In this document: positions 24,941 to 33,399 of the stretch, one piece after another
Layout: each line of letters opens with the position of its first letter
How positions within the stretch are numbered: position 1 is the first letter of the stretch
Source: Candidatus Nanohalarchaeota archaeon QJJ-5
Lineage (GTDB): Archaea; Nanohalarchaeota; Nanosalinia; Nanosalinales; Nanoanaerosalinaceae
NCBI GenBank assembly: GCA_022865265.1
Contig: JALIDO010000002.1
Span: forward strand, 1-38,306
Length of the DNA: 38,306 nt
Direction of reading: 5' to 3'
Notes under the pieces: generated by a model
The model's database searches: none
What the model was told of the DNA's origin: nothing
The model's input: the letters and a program-made list of their open reading frames with translations, nothing else
Program-made: the position numbers and the translations under genes

Positions 24941-26386
24941 ATGGACCGAATTGTCGCCTATTATCTTGGTCTCTTTCTCAAGATCTATTCGGCGTTTCTG
25001 CTAGTTCCGGTTGCGGTTGGTCGGTATTTTGGTGAATCGTTTGTCCAGATGGAGCCGTTCATCTATGCGGCGTTTATCTCGATCGTGCTCGGCTATGCGC
25101 TCGATTACTGGGGTGTGAAAAAGGAACCAGATGCGATCGAAGGGATGCTTGCAGCGACAACAGGGTGGATCGCTGCTGTGGCGATTGGTGCGCTCCCGTT
25201 CATGGCGATGTTAAACATGGGCTTCGTTGATGCGTTTTTCGAATTGATGGCCGGGTTCACGACGACAGGGATGTCGATTCTTCCTGATCCTGCTGTTATG
25301 CCACATTCATTATCTTTCTGGCGTGGGTTCAGTCAATGGATCGGCGGGTTAGGAATGCTGACGTTCTTTGTAGCTGTCATCATCGAGGCAGGTGGTGTGG
25401 CCCAGAGTCTTTTGTTTGCTGAAGCAGACAAGACGGATGCTGGCACGATCCGGCCGTCGCCGATCAATGCAATCAAGTCACTCTGGTATGTCTATATCGT
25501 CTTTACGGCATTGCAGGCGACGATCCTCTATCTCCTTGATCTTTCTGTCTTCGATGCCGTGATGTATGCCTTCCAGACCCTACCGACTGGCGGGTTCTCC
25601 CATACGGCTGGTGGGATCGCAGCATTTGATTCGCTAGCGATCGAGGCGACGTTCACGGTGTTTATGTTCATCGGTGGAACCAATTTCCTGTTGTTGTATC
25701 TTTTGCTGAAGGGACGTCCGTGGGCTGTACTTCGAAACTATGAGTTCCGTTTGATGACAAAGGTACTGGCATTGGCACTGGTCATCATCGGTCTGGATGT
25801 CTGGATGAATAGTGGTCGAACGATCATAGAAACAGTCAGAGTTACGGTATTCATGACAGTTTCTGTGATGAGTTCGACCGGGTTCGAGCCGACAGGGGTC
25901 CGAACATTCCCGGAGCTTTCCAAGATGATCTTTCTGATGCTGATGTTTGTCGGTGCCTCGCTCGGGTCGACGACAGGCGGTATCAAGATGCTCCGATTCG
26001 GTGTCTTGTTGCGGGTTGTCATCAGAGAGGTCCGCAGTTTCTCCATGCCCCGGTCGGCTGTCAATCCGATCATGATCGGTGCCAGGCGGATCAAGACAGA
26101 AGAGTTGTTACGGATCATCACGATCGTCACGGTCTGGTTGACCATGATCATGGGTGGTGCCGTGATAACGATCGTGTTCTCTGATCTGGCGATGATCGAG
26201 GCGATCCAGGGAATGACATCATCGATGGGCACGATGGGGCCGTTGTTCATCGAACCCGGGGAATTGATCGGATTGCATCCTGTTGTGAAACTGTTGTGGT
26301 GTCTCGGGATGCTTGCTGGTCGTCTTGAGATTCTACCGATCTTGATCTTGATGAATGTCGAGGTTGTCAAGCGGATCCGTGGTTAA
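24941..26386 (+). CDS. trkH: Trk/Ktr-type potassium transporter membrane subunit TrkH
   Basis: 481-aa polytopic protein with repeated pore-loop Gly motifs (FTTTGMS, PTGGFS, SSTGFE, TTGGIK). Confidence 0.9.
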   Translation: MDRIVAYYLGLFLKIYSAFLLVPVAVGRYFGESFVQMEPFIYAAFISIVLGYALDYWGVKKEPDAIEGMLAATTGWIAAVAIGALPFMAMLNMGFVDAFFELMAGFTTTGMSILPDPAVMPHSLSFWRGFSQWIGGLGMLTFFVAVIIEAGGVAQSLLFAEADKTDAGTIRPSPINAIKSLWYVYIVFTALQATILYLLDLSVFDAVMYAFQTLPTGGFSHTAGGIAAFDSLAIEATFTVFMFIGGTNFLLLYLLLKGRPWAVLRNYEFRLMTKVLALALVIIGLDVWMNSGRTIIETVRVTVFMTVSVMSSTGFEPTGVRTFPELSKMIFLMLMFVGASLGSTTGGIKMLRFGVLLRVVIREVRSFSMPRSAVNPIMIGARRIKTEELLRIITIVTVWLTMIMGGAVITIVFSDLAMIEAIQGMTSSMGTMGPLFIEPGELIGLHPVVKLLWCLGMLAGRLEILPILILMNVEVVKRIRG

Positions 26387-26428
26387 AAGCACAAACTTCT
26401 ATAAGTTACAGCGGGAAAGGTAGACTGT

Positions 26429-27085
26429 ATGTATGTCATTGTCGCTGGGGTCAACACTATTTCGAAGAAACTGATCGAGGATCTCGTACAGAACCATGAT
26501 CTGGTCGTTGTGGAAGAAGATGAGAAAAAGGCTGAACGGATCTACTCGAAGACAGGGGCCAAAGTCATCAATGGATCACCGACGCGGCTCTCGATCTTGG
26601 AGGATGCGGGGATCTCGAAGGCGGATGTGTTGGTCTCGACGTTGGAAGGAGCGAATGAGAACATGATTGTTTCGATGCTCGGGCGGAAATATGGTGTCCC
26701 AAAGGTTGTGGCCCGGGTAGAGGATACTGATTATCTGGATATCTACAAGATGTTAGAAGTGAACACGATCGAGTACACGGATCTGGTGTATGGTGAGTTC
26801 ATGTCTGTCATCGAGCATCCATCGATTCGGAAGATTGCTAATGTAGGGGCTGAAAAGGAGGTGCTTGAATTGCTTGTCGACCGCGGCTCACCGATCCAGA
26901 ATCTCCGGATCGATGAGGTCAAGTCTCTTGATAAGTTCCCGAAGGAGGATGTCGTGTTCACGGCTGTGCTACGTGATGGCGAGGTTCATGACCCATCTGA
27001 GACGTTCAGATTGCAGCAAGGTGATTCTGTGATCGTGATCATCGATCCTGGCGCGAAGAAAGGGATCAATGCAGTGCTGGATTAA
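26429..27085 (+). CDS. trkA: Trk system regulatory subunit TrkA (RCK N + C domains)
   Basis: 218 aa with RCK/TrkA-N and TrkA-C organisation. The N-terminal dinucleotide-binding Gly motif is degenerate (IVAGVNTISKKL). Confidence 0.85.
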   Translation: MYVIVAGVNTISKKLIEDLVQNHDLVVVEEDEKKAERIYSKTGAKVINGSPTRLSILEDAGISKADVLVSTLEGANENMIVSMLGRKYGVPKVVARVEDTDYLDIYKMLEVNTIEYTDLVYGEFMSVIEHPSIRKIANVGAEKEVLELLVDRGSPIQNLRIDEVKSLDKFPKEDVVFTAVLRDGEVHDPSETFRLQQGDSVIVIIDPGAKKGINAVLD

Positions 27086-27255
27086 AGGACCACGCGTGCC
27101 CCGATGTACCCGATACCGAGCAATACAATGCTTATGATTGCGGTTTCTATGCTTGTTCTGGACAGAGTCTCTGGCATCGAAAGTATCTGGCTCGATCGTG
27201 CTACAAGAATACCGAACAGTCCGATGAGTCCGACCATGAGGAGATGAATGCGCAT
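27082..27255 (-). CDS. Possible 57-aa two-TM membrane peptide
   Basis: Hand-translated: MRIHLLMVGLIGLFGILVARSSQILSMPETLSRTSIETAIISIVLLGIGYIGARVVL. It starts 7 nt after the Lon-like stop. Its stop overlaps the trkA stop. Support comes only from the ORF, hydrophobicity and position. Confidence 0.3.
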   Translation of the reverse strand: MRIHLLMVGLIGLFGILVARSSQILSMPETLSRTSIETAIISIVLLGIGYIGARVVL

Positions 27256-27261
27256 GTATGA

Positions 27262-27981
27262 TCACTCCAGTATCTGGACAGCATCCTCGATTGTTGATAC
27301 TTCGATGGTTTGCATATCGTACTGTGCGGTCATCGTCGTGATATCGACCTGCTGGACGGTATAATCATCGGCACTGTACCGGCCGAAGGGATCGGGTTGA
27401 CTATTGTTTTTTCGTGTATAATACGTGATGCTGCTTTGTCCTTCGGGGACGAGGAATGTTTTTTTGCCTGCTGTGCCTGCGGCCATCGCTTTTTCCAAGA
27501 TGCCACCGACACGTCCGATTCTGCCATCTGGCTGTATGGTGCCGGTGATCACAGCTGTATCAGGAACGGTCCTGTTCTGGATCGCAGCAATAATCCCAAG
27601 TGTCATCGCTGCACCGGCTGATGGTCCTCCCAATTGGGCTGCATCGATATTGAACCGTATGGTGATGTCTTTCTCAGCAAGTGATGTCTGTGTATACTGT
27701 TCCGCGATCTGTTTTGCCGTCCGTCCTGATGCTTGTGTATCGAGGTCGATGAATGGGTCTGTGTCGAGACGAACCCGTCCATTTCCTTCACTGATATCGA
27801 TGCTGACGGTACTGATGCTTCCTTGGCCGTTCTCTGTGACGGTTGCGATGTTCACAGTGGTTGTTCGTTCGCCCGCAAATGCAGAAGTGGAGGGTGGTAG
27901 GTCTGGCTCTTGGACGGCCGTGCCCAACAGAAAGACGAATCCATGTGTGATGGCTAAAAGAAGGAGGATCTGTCGTCTCAT
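27262..27981 (-). CDS. Membrane-anchored or secreted Lon-like S16 serine protease domain (ATP-independent)
   Basis: Start set at the ATG at 27981, which overlaps the aIF5B TGA (ATGA). N-terminal anchor RRQILLLLAITHGFVFLLG. Lon catalytic Ser motif GGPSAGAAMTLGI and a downstream Lys (ILEKAMAAGTAGKK). No AAA+ module. Confidence 0.75.
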   Translation of the reverse strand: MRRQILLLLAITHGFVFLLGTAVQEPDLPPSTSAFAGERTTTVNIATVTENGQGSISTVSIDISEGNGRVRLDTDPFIDLDTQASGRTAKQIAEQYTQTSLAEKDITIRFNIDAAQLGGPSAGAAMTLGIIAAIQNRTVPDTAVITGTIQPDGRIGRVGGILEKAMAAGTAGKKTFLVPEGQSSITYYTRKNNSQPDPFGRYSADDYTVQQVDITTMTAQYDMQTIEVSTIEDAVQILE

Positions 27982-29747
27982 GACTGGAGTTTCCACCGTG
28001 GATCGATGCTATCTTTGATATCGACGATCTCCTCGAGGGTGGATTGTTCACCGGCTGAGATATACTCGCTGTATTCTTTCAGGGTATTGTAGTCTTCTGC
28101 ATCGATGTCTGTCAGGTATGTTCCACCTTCCTCGATCTGTCGGCCGACCTGCACATTCGTGAGTGAGAGTGCTACTTCGTCGCCTTTTGTCGCTAGATCG
28201 ATCGATTCACCATCTTCCTGTACTGATTTGATCGTGCCCAGTTGCTCGCCTTCACTCGTCATGAATGTTGATCCTGGAGCTACAGCACCATCGATGATCT
28301 CGACGCCGACAACTGCAGGATTTGATGATCGAAAGACGTGATCGGGCATGATACGGAACTTGCCTGGTCGTGCAATACTGCCGAGTTCTTCCTGTCGTTC
28401 TTGTTCCTGCAAGGCGGTGAGCCATTCCTGATACTGGTCGACGAGTTCATAGATCACATCCGAGGTGAAGACCTGGATATCATCGTGGTTGGCCAGTTCT
28501 TCGCTGGCCGAGTCTGTCATACTCGTGTTGAACCCGAACAGTATCTTGTGCTCGCGATCAAGGCCTTCGAGATTGACGATATCTCGTTTCGTGATCTTAC
28601 CGACTTCGGCCGAACCGATAGGGATTTGTTCTTCTCTGAACGTCTTCGACACGGCTTCGAGGCTTCCGAGGGAGTCTGCTTTTACGCTTACACCTTCTGG
28701 TTGTGTCGTGACATCGACTTCTTGTATCTGTTCGGTGATCGCTTCTCGGGCTGTATCGATGTCTTCGCTGTCATGGACGGCACGTAATGGTGCTCCGGCC
28801 ACAACATCATCAAGATGTTTCGCTGAGATCTTGACACCGGCTGCTGGTTCGACCTGCTCGAGTCGGTCAAACTGCTGTTCGCGGCGCATCTCGGCCATTG
28901 CTTCTGGTTTCAGTAATGATTTGACGTCTGTCTGGACACATCCATCTGAGCCCCCGATGATGATCGTATCGTCGTTTCTGATCACGCCATCATAGAGGAT
29001 GATATCGATCGTTGTTCCGAGGCCTTTGACTTCGTTGACCTCGAGGACGGTCGCTTTCCCGATGCCATCTTCTTCGATTTCGAGTCGCTCCCCGAGGAAC
29101 TGCTGAGAGAGGCCTGAGATGGTCATGAGTAATTCAGGAATCCCTTCACCTGTCTGGGCTGAGATCGGGATGATGGCGACTTTCTTCTGGAAATCATCCA
29201 CCCGATCAAAGCGTTCACAGGTGATGCCAAGATCGTGGAGGTCGCCCATGATCTCATAGATGGTCTCATCGAGTTCATTCTGCAGACGATCTGTCTGTTG
29301 TTGATAGTTGGCGGTCCAAGAGGTGGTTTCGGTCTGCCAGCCTGGTAGTGTATCGATCTTATTGAGGGCGATGACAAAGGGTGTCTCTGATTCTTTCAGG
29401 ATCTCGACGGCTTCTTTCGTCTGTGGCTGGACGCCGTTTTTCACATCGACAACGAGGATGGCGATATCTGAAAGTGAGCCACCGCGTTTCCGCAGCGATG
29501 TAAAGGCAGCATGGCCTGGTGTATCGATGAACAGCAGACCAGGGATGGTAAGATCGACACCGATCTGGTCAGAAATATCTGCGGTGATCTCATCGATCGC
29601 ACCGATCGGTACTTCGGTCGCACCGATCATCTGGGTGATGCTACCTGCTTCTTTCTCGACGACCAGTGATCCACGGATGTAATCAAGGAGTGTTGTCTTG
29701 CCGGCATCGACATGTCCCAGTACCGATACAATTGGCTGTCGTACCAT
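27978..29747 (-). CDS. infB: Translation initiation factor aIF5B (IF-2 homologue)
   Basis: 589 aa with GHVDAGKTTLLD, DTPGH and NKID GTPase motifs plus the typical domain II-IV length. Confidence 0.95.
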   Translation of the reverse strand: MVRQPIVSVLGHVDAGKTTLLDYIRGSLVVEKEAGSITQMIGATEVPIGAIDEITADISDQIGVDLTIPGLLFIDTPGHAAFTSLRKRGGSLSDIAILVVDVKNGVQPQTKEAVEILKESETPFVIALNKIDTLPGWQTETTSWTANYQQQTDRLQNELDETIYEIMGDLHDLGITCERFDRVDDFQKKVAIIPISAQTGEGIPELLMTISGLSQQFLGERLEIEEDGIGKATVLEVNEVKGLGTTIDIILYDGVIRNDDTIIIGGSDGCVQTDVKSLLKPEAMAEMRREQQFDRLEQVEPAAGVKISAKHLDDVVAGAPLRAVHDSEDIDTAREAITEQIQEVDVTTQPEGVSVKADSLGSLEAVSKTFREEQIPIGSAEVGKITKRDIVNLEGLDREHKILFGFNTSMTDSASEELANHDDIQVFTSDVIYELVDQYQEWLTALQEQERQEELGSIARPGKFRIMPDHVFRSSNPAVVGVEIIDGAVAPGSTFMTSEGEQLGTIKSVQEDGESIDLATKGDEVALSLTNVQVGRQIEEGGTYLTDIDAEDYNTLKEYSEYISAGEQSTLEEIVDIKDSIDPRWKLQS

Positions 29748-29785
29748 GATTCACCATCTCGCTGCTGGGGTGCCGGCCTCAGGGC

Positions 29786-29929
29786 TCAGTTACGGTATTC
29801 AAGTCCGCGATCGTTGGCCCAGTTCTTCTCACACTTACCCGAGCAGAAGTATACTTTCTCGCCCGAGCTTTTGATAAGAAGCTTGCCGGTGGTCTTGCTG
29901 AGTTCCTCGCCGCAGTACTGGCATTCCAT
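29786..29929 (-). CDS. rpl24e: 50S ribosomal protein L24e (eL24), 47 aa
   Basis: Hand-translated because it is below the ORF-track cutoff: MECQYCGEELSKTTGKLLIKSSGEKVYFCSGKCEKNWANDRGLEYRN. It has the C-x2-C...C-x3-C zinc motif of L24e. The ATG directly follows the S28e TAG. Confidence 0.85.
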   Translation of the reverse strand: MECQYCGEELSKTTGKLLIKSSGEKVYFCSGKCEKNWANDRGLEYRN

Positions 29930-30112
29930 CTATGATCCCTCCATTTCGGTTTCTTGTAGCATCAGGATATCATCTTCTCGAACAGGGCCCATGACGCTTC
30001 GGACAAGGATTTTTCCTTCCTCGCTTCCTTCGACGACCTTACATCGAATCTTCTGGACGCCTCTGTGTCCGGTTCGTCCGAGGACCTGTACGACGCGTGC
30101 TGGAACTGCCAT
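29930..30112 (-). CDS. rps28e: 30S ribosomal protein S28e (eS28)
   Basis: 60 aa. ARVVQVLGRTGHRGVQKIRCKV...GPVREDDILMLQETE matches the S28e pattern. Confidence 0.9.
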   Translation of the reverse strand: MAVPARVVQVLGRTGHRGVQKIRCKVVEGSEEGKILVRSVMGPVREDDILMLQETEMEGS

Positions 30113-30118
30113 TGGTTA

Positions 30119-30481
30119 TCACTCGCTCAGTTCCTCGACTTTGTCCTGGATTTCATCCAGCTCATCGTCTGAGTTGCCGGCATCACAGATCGCAATCGCT
30201 GCGGTCTGGACATTGATGCCTGAGGCAAGGCCGAGTTCTTCTTTGCTCGGTACGAATGTGTAACTAATATCTTTCTCCTGGCAGAGTGCTGGGAGATGCA
30301 TGATGATCTCTTCAGGCTCAACATCGGACGCGATCACGACAAGATCTGCGTTTCCGCGCTCGATTGCCTTTGTTGCCTCATTGGTTCCTTTACGTAGTTC
30401 GCCTGTGTCTCGTGCTTTTTCGACGGCAGTGTATGTGGTTTCTGCCAGTCCGTCTGGTACTTCGAATTCAGCGTATCCCAT
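30119..30481 (-). CDS. rpl7ae: 50S ribosomal protein L7Ae (K-turn binding)
   Basis: LRKGTNEATKAIERG and DVEPEEI motifs. Conserved L7Ae-S28e-L24e gene order. A perfect SD (GAGGTGATC) lies 5 nt upstream. Confidence 0.95.
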   Translation of the reverse strand: MGYAEFEVPDGLAETTYTAVEKARDTGELRKGTNEATKAIERGNADLVVIASDVEPEEIIMHLPALCQEKDISYTFVPSKEELGLASGINVQTAAIAICDAGNSDDELDEIQDKVEELSE

Positions 30482-30485
30482 TGTT

Positions 30486-30524
30486 GATCACCTCATGCGG
30501 CCATAGCGGCCGATCATTGGCTAA
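30486..30524 (-). promoter_or_regulatory. L7Ae 5' leader with a GC hairpin flanked by UGAU / UGAG motifs (candidate K-turn-like autoregulatory element)
   Basis: Minus-strand RNA is AGCCAAUGAUCGGCCGCUAUGGCCGCAUGAGGUGAUC. It contains a CGGCC/GGCCG stem, tandem GA dinucleotides on both flanks and GCC/GGU pairing that overlaps the SD. A TATA-like CATTTAAAAAAC lies at 30545-30554. Confidence 0.3.
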
Positions 30525-30599
30525 GATATACCAGTGCCTGCAAGTTTTTTAAATGTGCCCGGGGTCAAGAATGAATCGGTTCGTCATCTGCTGTGGTTT

Positions 30600-31433
30600 T
30601 TACGGGCTGACGATAGATTCGATACTTTTCATCGAATCCTGGAGCTTTTTGAGCCGTCCTTTGAGGTCGTTCTGGATGTCTTTGTCTTCTTCAAGTGTGT
30701 TCTGGAGACCGCCCATGTCCGTCTCGACGTCTTCGGACAGGTCCTGCATCTGATGGATGAGTTTTTTCGCTTCCTTGAATTTCTTCACTCGGATGAACAA
30801 CGGCCCTTTCTCGATGTCGGGGACGTTGATCTCTTTGGTCTTCGGTGCTTCAGGGATATCTGGACGGTTCCTGGATGTCTGTCCTGTTTGTTCATCGTTC
30901 CTCTCTGGCTCGAATCGTTCTTTCGCCTGGATCGGTTCTTCCTGGTCTGATGACGTACTTTCGTCTTGTGATGCTGCTCCTGGTGGCGGTGGAAGATCAT
31001 CGATCGAATCATCCGGTTCGGGTTCGGGACGATCTGGTGTCTGATGCTGTTCCTGCGGCCGTGCTGATCGTTGCTGTTGTCTTGCTTGTTCTTGCTGTGG
31101 CTTTTGTCGTTGTTGTGTATTTTGTTCGGACGATGCCTGTGGTCCTTGCTGTGATTGTGATCGTGACGGAGGATGCGAGGTCCGTTCCTGGCCCGGGCCA
31201 TCTTGCGGTAGTGATTCCTGTTGCTGTTGTGCTGGTCCGGGTCGTTGTTCTGACTGGTTCTGGCCGCCAGGTGGCTGGTCCTGTCTACTCTGAGGGGCCA
31301 CCGGGGTTGCTTGCTGTGATGTGTCCTGTGGTTCCTTCGATCCCTCGACCATGGAGCGGATTTCTTCGACGTTCTTGTCTATTTCTTCTTTTTTCTCAGA
31401 AGAGGACCCGAATAATTCGAACATAATGTACAT
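30600..31433 (-). CDS. Hypothetical protein with about 190-aa Gln/Pro-rich disordered region and C-terminal coiled-coil domain
   Basis: 277 aa. The start is the ATG at 31433 or 31424 (MFELFGSSS). The central region is Q/P/R/S-rich. The C-terminus is GPLFIRVKKFKEAKKLIHQMQDL...DLKGRLKKLQDSMKSIESIV. The opposite-strand ORF looks like an artefact. Confidence 0.6.
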   Translation of the reverse strand: MYIMFELFGSSSEKKEEIDKNVEEIRSMVEGSKEPQDTSQQATPVAPQSRQDQPPGGQNQSEQRPGPAQQQQESLPQDGPGQERTSHPPSRSQSQQGPQASSEQNTQQRQKPQQEQARQQQRSARPQEQHQTPDRPEPEPDDSIDDLPPPPGAASQDESTSSDQEEPIQAKERFEPERNDEQTGQTSRNRPDIPEAPKTKEINVPDIEKGPLFIRVKKFKEAKKLIHQMQDLSEDVETDMGGLQNTLEEDKDIQNDLKGRLKKLQDSMKSIESIVSP

Positions 31434-31470
31434 ATTTTAAGTGCAACTTCCTTTTAATGATTAGGTACCT

Positions 31471-33354
31471 GTGACGGTCACGACTGCACAACGAGGGCTC
31501 GCCCTTGCTATTCTGTTCGGTATGATCGCGGTTTTCCCAGCAGCTGCCTTCGAGATAGATACATTGCTATCAACACATGTTCTTGATGAAGGACAGAATG
31601 CGACATATGTCTTTACGGTACAGGGCGAAGGCGCAGGGGATGTATCTGTCGAGACATACGGCCCGATAGCCCGGTATCTTTCTATTGAAGAGGCCGAGTC
31701 TGGGCCTGATCTGTCGATCTATGATGTCACGTTGCTGGCTCCGACTGTCGATGAAGAAACATCATATGCTGGTGGTATCGCGATACAGGGAGAAAACGAA
31801 TCGCAAGATCATCCAGTCGAGATGCGGGTTGTGGATAGTGATGCGGTCTCCTTTGAGTTCTCGGTACAGTTTGTCTCGACCACGATACGTTCGGCCGAGA
31901 CCCCACAGGTGAATACCCAGATCCGTAACAATCAAGGGCGGAATGTAACGTTGAATGTTTCATATATATTCCAGCGTTCGTCAGATGCCGCTGAACTATT
32001 CAACACGACAGAGGCCATCGAGGTCGGCGGATCATCGGCGTCTCAGACTGTCGAGATCGATGATCTGGCTGAAGGATTGTCGGCAGGGTCATACTATGTG
32101 CGTGCCAATTTCATCTATGAGGATCGTGTGTATTCTGATATCGCTACGTTACGTGTGATCGAGCCGTTCTGGACACCGTTCCGGATCCGGCTTGTCTCGT
32201 TCCTTGCTATTGCTCTTCTCTTACTTGGTGGATCATGGAAAGGATATCAATGGTATCAGGAAAAGCGTGCTGAGGAGGCCCGTTATGTCTTCCCTGTCGA
32301 TTACAATGACCTGCCTGATGACGAAGGGGGTTACTGGATGGGGAAGGTTGCTGAGACGTCGAAGCAGTCATATATCGATCCCAGTGATCTGACAACACAC
32401 GCTATCGTGGCTGGGTCGACTGGTGCGGGCAAATCCGTGACTGCCTCTGTGCTGATCGAGGAAGCACTGGAACAGGATGTCCCGGTAGTTGTCTTCGATC
32501 CAACAGCACAGTGGACCGGGTTTGTGAAAGAGTGTCAGGATGAGAATGTGCTCGAACACTATGAACGATTCGGGCTCGATCCGGAAGAGGATACGAAACC
32601 ATACAAGGGTCTGATCAAGAAATTCGAGACAGAGGATGTCGATGATCTTGATTTCACGCGGTTGATGGAGCCTGGTGAGGTGACAGTGTTCACGCTGAAT
32701 CATCTCTCTACAGAGGAGTTCGATACCGTGGTCCGCGGGATCATCGATTCCCTGTTCGAGGTCGAGTGGGAAGAGTCGGCTGATCTCGAGCTCCTTGTGG
32801 TCTTCGATGAGGTCCACCGTCTATTGGAGGAGTATGGTGGCGAAGGCGGGTACAAGGCCCTGGAACGTGGTGCACGAGAGTTCCGTAAATGGGGTATCGG
32901 GCTTGTGATGGCTTCCCAGGTGACGGCTGACTTCAAGCAAGCTGTATCTGGTAACATCCTGACAGAGGTCCAGATGCAGACCAAGTCGATGGAGGATATC
33001 AAGCGGGCGGAGAGCAAGTACGGTGAACAGTATGCCAAACGGATCTCCTCGGTAGAGGTCGGAACAGGTATGATCCAGAATCCGGAATACAACGAAGGCC
33101 AGCCATGGTTTGTTGATTTCCGTCCACCGTATCATAATCCACACAAGATCCCTGATGAAGAGCTCGAGAAGTACTATGAATACACGGACTGGGCCGATGA
33201 GCTCGAGGACACGATCGATCAGATGGAAGAGGATGGTGAGGATGTCTATGATGAGCGACTGGAGCTCAAACTGGCCCGGGACAAACTGAAAGAAGGACGG
33301 TTCAAGATGGCAGAGGTCTATCTGAACTCACTCGATGAGAAGTTAGGGTCATGA
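31471..33354 (+). CDS. Membrane-spanning HerA/FtsK-superfamily (DUF87-like) ATPase with an extracellular beta-sandwich-like N-terminal region
   Basis: GTG start and a signal-like N-terminus (LALAILFGMIAVFPAAAFE). About 230 aa are beta-rich, followed by a TM (LVSFLAIALLLLGGSW). The ATPase has Walker A (GSTGAGKS), Walker B (LLVVFDEVH) and REFRKWGIGLVMASQ. Confidence 0.8.
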   Translation: MTVTTAQRGLALAILFGMIAVFPAAAFEIDTLLSTHVLDEGQNATYVFTVQGEGAGDVSVETYGPIARYLSIEEAESGPDLSIYDVTLLAPTVDEETSYAGGIAIQGENESQDHPVEMRVVDSDAVSFEFSVQFVSTTIRSAETPQVNTQIRNNQGRNVTLNVSYIFQRSSDAAELFNTTEAIEVGGSSASQTVEIDDLAEGLSAGSYYVRANFIYEDRVYSDIATLRVIEPFWTPFRIRLVSFLAIALLLLGGSWKGYQWYQEKRAEEARYVFPVDYNDLPDDEGGYWMGKVAETSKQSYIDPSDLTTHAIVAGSTGAGKSVTASVLIEEALEQDVPVVVFDPTAQWTGFVKECQDENVLEHYERFGLDPEEDTKPYKGLIKKFETEDVDDLDFTRLMEPGEVTVFTLNHLSTEEFDTVVRGIIDSLFEVEWEESADLELLVVFDEVHRLLEEYGGEGGYKALERGAREFRKWGIGLVMASQVTADFKQAVSGNILTEVQMQTKSMEDIKRAESKYGEQYAKRISSVEVGTGMIQNPEYNEGQPWFVDFRPPYHNPHKIPDEELEKYYEYTDWADELEDTIDQMEEDGEDVYDERLELKLARDKLKEGRFKMAEVYLNSLDEKLGS

Positions 33355-33399
33355 TATCAATACAAAGGCTTAAATTCCGCCGAGGGCTAAGGTGATACT

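Noticed and set aside
30845-31426. 193-aa plus-strand ORF overlapping the Q/P-rich gene.
   Set aside because: Its composition (V/L/R-rich) mirrors the Q/P-coding strand. The minus-strand ORF has a structured C-terminal domain and proper promoter spacing, so it is preferred. Coding-strand choice in low-complexity DNA still carries some uncertainty.
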